A stretch of 51,051 bases of DNA, counting the filler, from Sphacelaria rigidula (lineage: Eukaryota), in NCBI GenBank assembly GCA_964200075.2. It is 3 parts of 3 records of this genome, joined end to end, with 100 filler letters (N's around TTAATTAATTAA, not from the genome) between each part and the next. Parts side by side here need not be neighbours in the genome. Positions count along the whole stretch, not along the records: positions 1 to 16,952 come from CAXNAA020001204.1; 2 more parts are not named here. One strand, given 5' to 3'. The position numbers and the translations under genes were made by a program. Positions 1-11,844 of this stretch are shown piece after piece. The notes beneath the pieces are model-generated. The model did not search any database. It was not told where the DNA came from and saw nothing but the letters and a program-made list of their open reading frames with translations. Positions within the stretch are counted from its first letter, which is position 1; the number at the start of each line of letters is the position of its first letter.

Positions 1-849
1 GTTGAACGTACAAAAAGTGCATTTTGTATGTTGAGAAGTACCTTGTCTCGAATGAGAGGGACGATGAGTCACGAATGCTTTGGAATTTGACGTTCGCTGA
101 CATTTCCGGTTTCGTGCCGATGAAGAGTCAAGAGACTTGTTTTGGGCAAACATTTGAGAATTCGGCGCTAGCTATCGCTTTGTAACTCGAAGTGGTGCAG
201 GTAGCGTGATTGCATGTTCATGATGGACGATATTTTCTTGGAATCTCTTGCGAGTTGTTCGGAAGTGGGGCAAGCTTGTATGGAGCTGTTGTCGAAAGCA
301 GCGGAAGAGATTGCTATTCTTTGCGGAAAACGACGGTTCTATCAGGCACCACTGATGTCTGAGTTTGTCAAGCTCTGATGTAACTACTTGTTGGTAGTAG
401 AGAGCTTTGGGGGTGCTGTAGAGCTAGCCACCATTGTTACCTAAGGTCAGGGATATTGTAGGTGGAGTTGCGGGTCTGATTGCCGGACTCTGTGATGGTG
501 ATCTCCATGACGAGTAGAGCCGGTTTTGCTACTCTGGTGGAGAGAGGCTATGGCCATCTTCTCCTGTACTATGCTGAGGGTTAATATATGAATAACTAAA
601 GCTGCTGAAGTCCATATGCCCGTGACGGGAGGAGTCCACATGGCAATCTGATCTTGAGTGACATAAGTCTACAGGCCCGAGGTTGCAATACACCAAATAG
701 GCGAAATTGGCTGCTGCACCAGAGTACTGGCATGTCTTCTATGTTTCGAACAGTACTCACGACCTACTGCTTCGCTCAAGAGAAACACGTCTGGCGTCGT
801 GGCACGCTTGGCCATGCGTTAAGGTCCCTATGCACCATTGCATATATCA

Positions 850-1300
850 TCGCGTGATATATCGAATGTCAGTCAAGCCACCTGTTCACGCCATCAACAG
901 TGCGGAGCTCGGAAATAGCTGTCTTTTGTGAATGCGCGCAGCGAATGTTCTAGTTCGAACGGCGTTCTGTTCCCCGTGTATCGTTGTTCGCTTTGTTTGA
1001 TCTGTCGGTGCTGAGTGGCAGTCAATATCCAGAACTGGTGTCCTCTTGGCCTATAGCAAGCCACATTTGGGCAGAAGCCAGATTCTTGGATACTTTGAAG
1101 CACCGATTCGTGAACGTGGTGGAGGTGTGGTTCAAAATAAGTGATCTGGTCATCTTTTGTTGTGGAGTGGTCAATTCGTGCAGTCGTTTGCCCTCCCAAT
1201 CGTGGTGTTGAGTGCGCTGGGCCACGTGAAAAATTCGGAGGCGGGCAAATGCACGAAGATGTTTCTGAGTAAATAGCCCTATCCGTCTCTATATTCCCCA
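850..1300 (-). mobile_element. Possible highly degenerate LTR-retrotransposon integrase relic
   Basis: Minus-strand fragments HELTTPQQ...NRC...MW and NRTPFEL loosely follow the Copia-type integrase motif order (TPQQNG..N.T..RC..W..TP.E). Many stops and frameshifts. Confidence 0.25.
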
Positions 1301-1591
1301 TTTGATACTGCGTCCCAACATGATGTGAAAAAAACAACAACAACCAGCTCGAGATAGTGTCGGTTACGTTGCTACCGGTTTGTCATGTCATGTATGTGTC
1401 ATGTGCATGCTGTATGGAAAATAGTTTCATCGGGTTGTGCTCTGCTTTTTGTTTGCTCTGTATGTGGAGGACTCCTGCACGCTTTTCCGGAGTATGTACA
1501 ACACAGAACACAAAACACAACTGAGCTCCGGTGGCAGACTTTCCTGCGTTCCAATCCCTCAACCTTGCGGCGCGTCTGAAATGATGACCAG

Positions 1592-3863
1592 GTAATGCGT
1601 TCAAAAACCAAGGCGGATTTGAAAAAACTCATGTCCGTGAGCGACTCGATCGCAGATTTAAATCATGGGCGTTATCAGGGATTCCTGAGTGCGGAGGAGG
1701 CGAAGTGCAAGGCTGCACAACACAGGGCGGAGGGAGACTTGTTTCGGCCAGCGGTAAGCGAGTACCGTCTTTAACGTTCCATCGGTGTTGTTGTCAAAGT
1801 TGAGTCTTCGCGTCTGGAAGTGCACCGTTGTTGGCTTCGGCTGCTTTTGGTCCGCCGTGAAGTGCCTCCATCGTGACTTCCCGCGTGCGGTGAGCTCGAT
1901 TTCTGCAGCATCCGTTACGCCTGTTGCTGTGTTGTTACGGGTGCTTCTGCGGCTGCCCTCATCGTTGGTGACGAGTCGCGCTGATTCGTGTCTCGTTCTC
2001 GGACCCTGTAGTCCCGTATTGTTCATGTAGCCTCTCGCAAGCTCATCCCCCTCCTAAACCCGGTGGTGGTTACTGCAGTCACCAATCGACAAAAAGTTCA
2101 CATGGTCTCGGCTCGACACCCAACGTTGTTCGCAAGGTTTGGAATGCTGCAGACTCACAAGCGTTGCTGGAGACTCTGAATTATCCTCATCTTTTGGCCA
2201 CTGGCGGCGTTGTCCTACCCGTTTGCCACGCTTTCCTCTTCCCTCAGTTCCGAGAAATGCACGTGTAGCTCGGAATACCTCCGACTATCGAAAAGCAATC
2301 CAATCAGTGACGCTCCCTCTCATTGCATGGCAGGCATTGGCTTACGATGGCCCCGCGTACCGAGGGCTAAATGCTGCAACATTTTCCGAAGAGGACTGGA
2401 TGTTCAGCCGAGGATCGGTGCGCCTTTTGTCGGGCTTATACGGGGTCCTCAAGCCTACAGATCTCATCCAGCCTTACCGCCTTGAGATGGGCTCCAAGTA
2501 AGCAACAGAGTGGTATCCCGTGCTCAGTTGTTTCAACAGGCTTACACGGAGCCATCTTCTGGCTTTGGCTACTCTTTGTGCTCAGTGTAATGTTGCCCTG
2601 TTGCACAATCGGTGGATCCCATTTCCCCAACCACACAGTTCATGTTGGATATAAAATGACACACGTTTCTCTTCGTTGAGTAAGCTAAGCAGCCTCGCCT
2701 CGTGTTCCTCTGAAATGCGCCCCTCGTCGTTTCCGCGAGTTGTAGGGTGAGCGTGGCCAAGAGCAAGGACTTGTACGTGTATTGGAGGGAGAAGGTGACA
2801 CAATATCTTGTGGAAGACGCGAAAGAAGGCCCTGGACCTGAATCGTCCGACACTTCCCTTGGAAAAAAGTTCCTCGTAGTCAATGTAGCAAGTGAAGAGG
2901 TGGGTGATCGTACAAGCACTGGAAGCGCTGCCTGCGTTGTTCTTTGCTTAGACGTATTATTGATGTTTTGTGGGGGAAACGTAGTGGCGTGCATGATGAG
3001 TGGTCATGTTTTTGTTTTCTTAGAATGCTACTGTACCGCTCGGCAGTGCCTGGTGATGCTTTGAGTCCGAACCACTGGCTGGTTGGGATTCGTCATGGAG
3101 CTTCCGAGGCGAGTGCAGTCTATTTACATGCAAACGACTGCGTGCTCCAGCGCATTCTATTCTTCTGTGTACAGGGACGCGAATCACGCACGATTTTGCC
3201 GTTCGGCAATTCTTCGATGCGGACGTTTGTTCATCTTCTCTTCTTGAAGCTCCTTAGCCTAAAAGCGTGTGGTGGCTCCGCGTTCCGCTGCTTCGGGAGA
3301 TTATTCATTGCCTAGTTTTCCCATGGAATGCTTACATGCAACACATGACGTAGGCACTCTCTCACCATTTCATGCAACGGCGTGACCTCGTCTCAATTCC
3401 CCAGTACTCTAAGGCGGTGGACTTCCAGGCGATACAGGAGGCTGGTGGGAAAGTGGTGAATTGCGTTTTCAAAGACGATGGCCGCGTCCTGTCTGTGTTT
3501 GCCAAACGAGCAAGGGGGCTACTGGCAAGACACGTGGTTCTTTCGCGGGCCGAAGACGTCTCTGATTTGCTCAACTTTACAGCCGAGGGTTATCGCCTCG
3601 ATCGTGCGCAGAGCACCGACGGTGTTATTGTTTTCACGAGAACCAAGGGTCAACGACCGACGCCACAGTCGCAGACTACCGGCAAATCTTCAAAGAGCAC
3701 CTCTGCTGCGGCAGATTCTGGAAAGGGAAAGAAACGAGCGGCGGGTGCTCGCACGCGCTCAGAGAGTACTAAAAAGGTTGCGAAGGCGGCGGGGCGGAAA
3801 TCGCCCGCCCAATCGCAGCCTGAGGAAGTGAAGCGCAAGTCAAGCCGAAAGGGGAAAGCCTAA
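1592..3863 (+). CDS. yaaA: YaaA/DUF328 (UPF0246) peroxide-stress family protein, spliced, probably 5'-partial; exons 1592-1753, 2334-2497, 2746-2899, 3405-3863
   Basis: Four exons have canonical AG/GT borders and join in frame (intron phases 0,2,0). The translation has YaaA hallmarks: [87 protein letters not shown] and F.AEGY. The N-terminal SPAK-containing exon was not found in the window. A Lys/Arg/Ala-rich C-terminal extension follows. Confidence 0.9.
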
Positions 3864-4922
3864 CGCTTGTTGTTCGTTGGGGGAGCCGTGCTATGCCCAA
3901 AACGTGTTTGAGTATTTTTCGTCGCCTTGTAGGGTTAGTTTTGTGTGAACCATGCCTTGTTCGTCTATAAAACATTAATGTGACAAGACAATAAAACATG
4001 TCATTCCCAAGCGAATGTCTAACGTCCGGTTGACGTCTGTCGTCTGTCACGTGTGACCTATAGAACATGTGTCACGGTGGGCAGTATGATCTTCGCACAC
4101 GAGGCACGGGCAACCCGATGGCATTTAGTAGGCACAAGAGTTTGTTTGAGAATTGTCGTTATGCAGTAGCTTCTCCAGAGTAAATATTGTGCTCTGCTTA
4201 GTTTTTCGTACGCGTGTGGTGGCAGTGGATATAGAGCGGTGTGTCAGTCGGCAATACGAATGCCCCTACACTGTTGCGCAGCAACCATTTCAATACAGAT
4301 GGTGTGATGTTGCATTGCAACATGAAGACGTCCGGATAGCTGGCCAGCGAGGCTCTCTGATGAATCAAGTTGATGTTGCAGATGACGAGATCGCAGCGTC
4401 ATTTGTAACACGCAATTGTCTGAGTATGCACACATGTGTGCTCGGTCGCGAGCAACGCCATCATTGGTTCTTTCTGTACGCTGTACACTGTCTAGGGTAA
4501 GTGGTAACCACGGCTTGATGCGAGAGCTTTCGGATGTAAAATTATTCAGCTGCGTAGCCCAAGCATACTGTACCGTGTTCAAACGTTTGCCAAGGTATTT
4601 CACATGACCGGCGCTACGTGTGCGTTGTGTCTTTTTACATGTCCATGTTCGTGAACCGGTACGAAGATGGTCGTATGAGATTTTGATTTTTGCCGCCCGG
4701 TTCATTGATAATAAATGTTACCTTGTTGGCAAGGCCGATCATGTTTGTTTCCGTACCGGCGGACGCGTCTCAGCCATATCGGTTTGTCATATCAGGAGCC
4801 CACTGTAGGTGCAGTACATGTCGTGTCGGAAGAAGAAATGCAGATCCACTGATCGTTCCGTTTGCGTGTGGTGATCTACGCTATGTTTCGGGAGTGGTAC
4901 TGCACTGTATGTTCCAGCCGCT

Positions 4923-5258
4923 GCGCCCCGGTGGTGTAAAAGAGAATAGGACCTTCAACCATTATCCGTTAATCATTGTTGTTAGGGTGGAAAGAACGTG
5001 GGGTCGATTTCCGATGCATTGAGTTTTTTCTTTCAAGCATCTGATTTCCATTGTCGAAAGCGTGAGTGGGTGAGTAAACAGTAGTTAACGGAGTTTGTTT
5101 GTCGAGAGTTGACGCAGCGTGGGAGTATTGACCCATTCCGCGAGACCAAAATGCAAGGCGTGTACCGGAGAGAGATGGGTTGATGCCTTGAGACAGACTA
5201 CAGACTCGTCCCGTGGAAGGGGAGGGGTTCAAAGTGCCACCAATGATAAATAGTATTG
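4923..5258 (+). mobile_element. tRNA-derived SINE-like element
   Basis: The head CGCCCCGGTGG and B-box-like GTGGGGTCGATTTCCGATGCA resemble the element at 21068. The 3' part TGTACCGGAGAGAGATGGGTTGAT is shared with 43554-43577, and an AT-rich tail follows. Confidence 0.45.
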
Positions 5259-5276
5259 GTATAATGATCACTTCGG

Positions 5277-5874
5277 CAAGGGTCCGTCAAGAAAACAATT
5301 CTGGACACATGAGCCCCAAGCTCGAAAATCTGAGTTTTTGGAGGGGGGGGACACCCGGCCTGCTGTCCCCTAGTTTATTGCGGAGGCACTGGCGGATGCG
5401 GTCAGCTACCGTGTACAGAAATTCTTAGCGTGTAGACCGATGAGATGACGGACACACCGCCCGCCCGAGCTCATCACTTACCATGATTACAGTCACGAGA
5501 TCACGTTCCGTGCCGTGTGCCGCGAGTACCAACCAGTAGTCCGGGCAAGTTGGGCGAAGCGTGGGATGAAGTTGCTACTTTGGCTGCAGGCTACCGCTAC
5601 CGTGCGCTCGTGTGCATACATGTGTGTGAGCGTGGCCGGCATCCGAGGTCATCGGGAAAGAGCGAGCAAGAAGCAGAAGCAAATATACGAACCTAGCAAA
5701 GCCCACCATAATTTTCGGTTTTTGTCAGTGTTTCTTGATCAATTTCTTCAATAGTATTGACAAACTAGAAAAAACATACCATTACAATTGTCGAAAAAAC
5801 GCCCTCCAGGAGGGAGGGAGGCAGGGGGACCGGGGGGGCTCCGTGTCCGAAACTCTTCGCCCGACAGACCCTTG
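5277..5874. mobile_element. Non-autonomous TIR element (MITE), about 600 bp, copy 1
   Basis: Imperfect terminal inverted repeats CAAGGGTCCGTC...GGACACATGAGCCCC / GGGGCTCCGTGTCC...GACAGACCCTTG. A diverged inverted copy lies at 42869-43457. Confidence 0.65.
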
Positions 5875-7581
5875 AGTTTGGTGCATTTTTTTGTATGCCG
5901 AGTAGCCTACACTCGACCCATCGGGAGTGAGCATGTCTTTTCCCGCTCTGACGATAGTCACGTAAGACTACTGCTTGGTTGAAGGGTACGCGGTGTCACT
6001 TTTGCCGTCTGGTTCAAACGTGGCCATGTGCAGGTTTTACTTGTCGTTGTCAGCTTCGAAGACATTCATGCTCACGTGAGATTTGTACCCGGTTCGACTC
6101 TCGAAGAGTGAGATTTCCAGTTTCGCCAGCTAGTTCAAAGATGGACGCATGAGAGCTCATCGTAGCACTGTAGCTCATTGCAGGTCATTGTAGCTCGCAT
6201 CATCAACAGGGGTACCCGTATTTCAATTCTCAAGATCAACATGTGGGCACTAAATCGCTAGTCACAAATCCGATATTCCACACCAATATCAAGTGATTGC
6301 ACTAAACCAGTTAAGGGTCAGGTGGCTTGTCACAAGTTCGATATACCATACTAACACCAAGTACCAACCAACGACCCACCGCTTTACTCTGCGATCCCAA
6401 CTGTGTCGTAGAAATTGAAATCATAGGTATGAGCTTTGTTGCGTTATTCCTACCAAAGCTGTTTCCATGAAGGATTTTCATGTGCCAAGTTGTGCCCACT
6501 CCTACACTCACAGATAATCATGAAGCACCCTGAGGTTTGGGCAGTATCATTCACGGAAAGTAGCCATATCCTTGTCCACTTCGCGTGTTGTAATCTACAG
6601 ACAGTGCAACACGGTACTGCGAGGCAGGTGGCTATCGTCACGTAATGAAGGCAGAGGGCCCACGGCATCATGCAAAGAGACGCAAGAAACGGATATATGT
6701 ATTGGTAATCCGACTGATGCAGTACTTCGAACTTTCAATTTTGGAATGTTCTAAGGTTGAAACACCCCCCTCCATGGTGAGGCTACACGGCCAAGTCCAC
6801 TCAACGGTTACCCTTGCTTGCACGTAAATAGCCTTGCAACACCTGCTGATATACGTTCAGTTCCTTCAGCGCAGTACATACAATGCATCTGTTTTCATTG
6901 TTGTTACTGACAAACTCACTGATCTGGGCACTCGGAAAATGTACCACGACACCACAAGCTCTACTACTACTGCAGCCTGCTGGCGCAATACTATTGCGCT
7001 TCACCAGTTTGGGTCGACCCGTGTCAGTCGGAGATATTTTGCAGTACCATCGATCAAAGCAATCCTGTTTCATGTAGAAACCAAAACAACGACCATCAAG
7101 TTCACAAGGTACTTCGATGAGGTAGGGGGAGGACGGGGGATCCCACAGTATTACGCTGGAACGAACGGAAACGACGAGAGGCACTGTGCCTAAGGGTCGA
7201 CTCACACACCCTACTAAAGACACAACTTACGTTACTCAACCGGCTTGCGCCACATCAAAATTTGTGATCACGTCATATAAGCAAGGTACGTGCACAGTTC
7301 CTCAGAAGTAAGCCTCCAGAAACCATCATATGAATCCCGAGCCCTCAGTCACTATACCGAAACACAAGTTCACTATACCATTCAATATGAGCCTCAGGAA
7401 CATGTGGATGAATCCCTAGCCCTCAGTCGCTGTACCGAAACACAAACCACTTTCGTATCGCACATGCGTTGACAATTTGACGCCCAACTTTCAGCAGCAA
7501 AAACAATATTTCGTTCAACAGCATAACAATACCATCACATTGCCGAACTACAGCACACCATTCATCAACATCTCCCGAGGC

Positions 7582-7584
<3 letters not shown>

Positions 7585-7621
<37 letters not shown>
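7585..7621. repeat. (AG)n microsatellite, about 18 units
   Basis: Directly visible. Confidence 0.95.
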
Positions 7622-7624
<3 letters not shown>

Positions 7625-9267
7625 CTCTGACGCCACATTTACACACCTCCACGCCACCGAAGGGTGAGTAACGAGGTGACAGGACACATAACTATACACT
7701 GGATAATCCATGATGGCGTCAACCACTCATTCTCATTGTCAATCACCCATGCCGATGATCATTTTGCTTTCACTTGTCGGCGGCGCGAAATCTTCTCCAG
7801 CTGCATAGGTCTTTTTGCCCTTAGGAAATTCCTTCGTCACGATGTCCCTGGATGTTTGAGCAAGCAAAGAAAGGAGTTGCTCTGTTCAAAATCGATTCGA
7901 CGGTCGAGAAATCGAACGCAGCAAAGCACCCCCGCGGATGAAGGCAATGCATTTGCGCGGAGAATGAGGACACGTAGGATTCTCGAGTAAATGAAAGACT
8001 GCCACTGCAGATATCAAAACGTATTCAAACATATCTTCTTGTTTATGCTTTTTTTATAAGTTTACTGGCCATTTATTTATTATTACTATTGAAGGCTTCT
8101 TTTAAGTGACTCCATTTTACACAAGTATTAGTAACAGATATCTAAGTAAAGCTAGTACCTTCATATTTTCCTGGTAAATTCAAGATAAAACTAGTAACCG
8201 AACTGAAAACAAAATCAGGATTTAAATTTAAAAAAACTAAAAGAATGGCAAGTTCTCGATGTATGTCCTCTCCCCATCCTTACCATGGTCAAAGGCCGAA
8301 ATGCCGAAGCGTCGCGACATGTACAAAACTTGAAACAGCACGCTCACCGAACGGCTTCATCAGTTGGTTAACTGTAGACAATGACACAGATTTTAGCCTT
8401 TACGAGATAACTTCATTTTGTCAGCAACGTTACTCACCTCCCACATTCGATATTGTAGTCGTCAACCTTGATGCTGGACTGGTACGTTTTGCTCGTCGCG
8501 TTCGGGCTTCCAATCTTGCTCTGAAGCCAATACCGCGGGATGGAACGCACACAATGAGGGCGGTTTACCGGATGACAGGGTTCGAGCAAACGGCATTCGG
8601 CACTGACCTAGCCTAGAATTCTGAACAACCCTGCAGTATATCGGTCAACAGCCCCGCGAAAGAGCTGCCTTGAAGTCGACGCCACACGTGTTTCTCTCGA
8701 AACAGCTTACATGTTTCCAGTATGTTCGTCATCCGCGAAGCCTTATTCACTTGCGCACTCGCGCCGGTGGGAAGGAGAGGTTGCTTACGAGACACGACCG
8801 TCTCCACAAGGCACTGTGTTACTGTTCTTCTATTCATCGCCATGCAATTGCGGTGTGACCGCACCTTAATATTTTCCCTGTTCATCATCTTGGCAAAGAA
8901 GCCATGCGGGGTGTCTTTGATGCGCCGCTCCTCCCACAGCTCCACATCTAGAGTTTCTTTCCCCAGTGGCAGGCCTCCTCCCACTCCAAAATAACGATCA
9001 AAATCGGTAGAGACGTGAGGTCATATAGTGTGTCACTCGGGTCATTCCACCCATGACCAGCAGGCTGTAGGGTAACAGGCAGTATGTGCTGTGCCATGCG
9101 TTATCTTGATTTCGTTTCGAGCTTTCTGGAAACGGATCTGGGAACGGTCCTGTAGTACTGAAGGGATTCATATCTGAAAGGAAGAGACGGAACCGATGAC
9201 TTGGAGGATGGTTGTGACAGTCAAGGGTGTGGCGTTATGTGTCGGCCCGCGCCGCCCCCAACTGCTA

Positions 9268-9344
9268 CGTCTCAAAAAAGACGCGTGGTCAATACTTGAA
9301 CGACTGCGGCGAGTAACAAATGAGTATCACCCCCCCCCCCCCCC
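9268..9344 (-). repeat. About 75-bp poly-G-flanked interspersed repeat, diverged copy
   Basis: The reverse complement resembles the copies at 17093 and 33931 (G-run followed by TACTCATTTGTT...ATTGACCACGC...GAGACG). Confidence 0.6.
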
Positions 9345-9583
9345 AAAAAAGAAGAAAAGGAAAGAGGAGAAGAAAAGAAGAAGGACGTGAACAAAGGTGG
9401 CATGAAATCATTTGACGCATCAGACAGTAGTAGCGAGAAAACGATGGCTATACTAGGAGATAGATGGTGGCCATAGACGGCGAAACAGGACGGGGATAAG
9501 ATATGTAGAAGGTTTTTGTGTAGTGTATGGAAGAAACGGAATGAGCACCTAAATGTTGGAGGTGTCTCTACTAGGAGTAGGAA

Positions 9584-9658
9584 CGGTGCTCCGTCTCGAA
9601 AGGGATGCGCGTTCAATGGTCAAACGACAAAGGCAAGCAACGAATGAGTATCCCCCCC
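9584..9658 (-). repeat. About 75-bp poly-G-flanked interspersed repeat
   Basis: The reverse complement matches 17093-17167 (GCTTGCCTT, TTTGACCATTGA, GCATCCCTTTCGAGACGGAGCACCG). Confidence 0.8.
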
Positions 9659-11729
9659 AAAAAAACCAATTCAGTCTTGTTGACTTCTTGTCCTTTCCTC
9701 CACCCGCCCGAGTCGGAATCTGCCTGAGACTACAGGTTGATGGGTTGCTACTCTCGTATCGGTGTGTGTAACCGTAGTCATCTGTGAAAAATGTTCGCTT
9801 AATATACAGCATGTCTAGCCATCTTTCCGCACTCTGTTACGGGTTTATAGTTGATAATGTGAGCCTGTCTACGGCGTACACTCATGCAGTTGCGGTATGG
9901 GTAACTCAATAGAGGAACTGCCAGCCTGGCCAGGGTCTATATATTCCGGTGGTCTTCACTCAAACGTGTTGAGCGGCTTGACAGAAATGTACCGTCCACG
10001 CACCAGAGAACATGGTTCATTGAACATGGCGTGTCTCACCAAAACAATATTGAACGGAAAATCGAAATCTATCATGACAGGTTGCTGTGATTGGCTCGCT
10101 GTTCTAAACCTCAACTAGACCGCTTCTGATTTTCCGTGCCTCATGAAAATTCCAACATTTCAGCGACGCAAAAAAAAAATAGCGCGCTTGTCGAAAAGGT
10201 CGTATGGATGAATAGTTACATCGCCGTCAGAGCGCGCCAGGATATCTGGAGATGAAAACGTGTGCCTAAAGCGTAAGAGCTTCCAGCATCATGTGTAGAT
10301 ATTCGCGACAGGACGCGCATAGAAAAAGCCAGTAGTACACAAAACATTTTGGTTTACGGCGCCCGGTTCCGTATCGAGCGAACACCAGTGATGTGCACTT
10401 AGAAGTTTACATGTAACCAGCTCTGAGCGTGCAGTTTGGCGTTATTTCTACTCTGAAGTCATGCAAAAACATTGAACGCTATATCTTTTCTTGGTGCATT
10501 GCAGCTAAGACAAGTACATCGCACGCCGTTGAGTAGGAGCTACTATGAGGCCTGTCAAGTACTCCTCAGCGAACAGTGCAAGATCTCTCTCGGTGAACGT
10601 TTCGATCCCTTGGATCGCTGGTGTTTTGGTCGTCGTCGGTACTTGACCCTTTGACCGCGAGCATAGGCCATCTGTTGAATCAGCATCACTTTCACTCGAA
10701 AAATGAATGCATGACCCAGATAACCTACCCTCGAGGTCCAGGGGTTTATCTTCGTCTCAGATGCATTTTTGGCGCCAGTGCTACATCTAATGTGTCGCAT
10801 CAATATCGACATCGGATTAAAAAAGGTACGCCGGTCGGTGGTCATTCGAAGTATCGTCACTGTAACAACGCTTCACATGGTCCAACTCGTATGGCTTTCT
10901 TGCCAAGGAACCGTGACAGTTCGAGACCAACCTCGCATGAGTAATTTCTGCTGTGTATTGGCATGCAGAGCCTCTTACCTTGTTCTGTCGTGAGCAACCC
11001 GTTCTCTTCAGCACGCTTGTCGAGCACACGACTGCATGGGTCTCGCAAGTTATCGACGCGTGCCTTGATTGATCGACGGTTCGGTTCCAGCGGATCGTAC
11101 TCTGAGAGGCGAATGACAAAGTGACAATTAGATCAAGTGCACGTCAAGTACACGAATCATAATTCCCAGAGCAGCACGTGTTCGGCGATGGATGATGACA
11201 CATCTGCGGGTTAGATCCCGCTGATCCTAGGTCCCACGGACGTGGGGCTGACGGAGACGGGTTCGCATCACTCGTGGAGAGCCTTTCTGCCCACAGAAAC
11301 ACAAACACAGTATGTATATATACAAGGGTTTCGGTGGCTTCGCCGCCACGATCAGTAGATCAACAGCCAAGATACATAAGCACCGGTGACAGCTGTGTGT
11401 ATTGCGTAGTGGCAAAGGTCATAGTTTGGAGAAGAAGGCATAGCTGCTCACCCGCTGAGCATGTTGTGCGTGAAGCTTTAAAATGATGCCGATGCCAAAT
11501 ATGAATAGATTTGCCTCGTTTGTAGTCTAAAGAGGAGCATAGGTGTCCCGGTCACAGGGAGATATGCAACGGGTTGACGCTTGAAACGTAACTACCATTC
11601 AAGGTGAACCTCTGAAATTCGTTGCCCTCGCAAAACAAAGACACAGCTCGAGCCGTAGCTGCTCATCACCTGAGCTGTGCGCGCCCTTGCATACACCTGT
11701 TCAGATTTCCAACGTTGTGTTCTGGGAGT

Positions 11730-11844
11730 TTCGGGTACGTTCTGTAGGGTATGAAATTCCTTACAGAACTTACAGAACTGTCGGGTACCCGTATGAACGT
11801 TCTACCGAGTTTACAGAACTGTCAGGTACTGGTATGCAAGTTCT
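11730..11844. repeat. Degenerate tandem repeat (CGGGTAC.GTATG.AAGTTCT / ACAGAACTTACAGAA) that hosts the TIR insertion and resumes at 13654-13745
   Basis: Recurrent GGGTAC, GGTATG and TTACAGAA motifs occur on both sides of the 11845-13653 element. Confidence 0.6.

Noticed and set aside
7760-11200. Protein-coding genes from track ORFs (e.g. 8613-8984, 10555-10860)
   Set aside because: No recognisable domains or consistent exon chain. They may be decayed TE sequence, but I cannot support a call.
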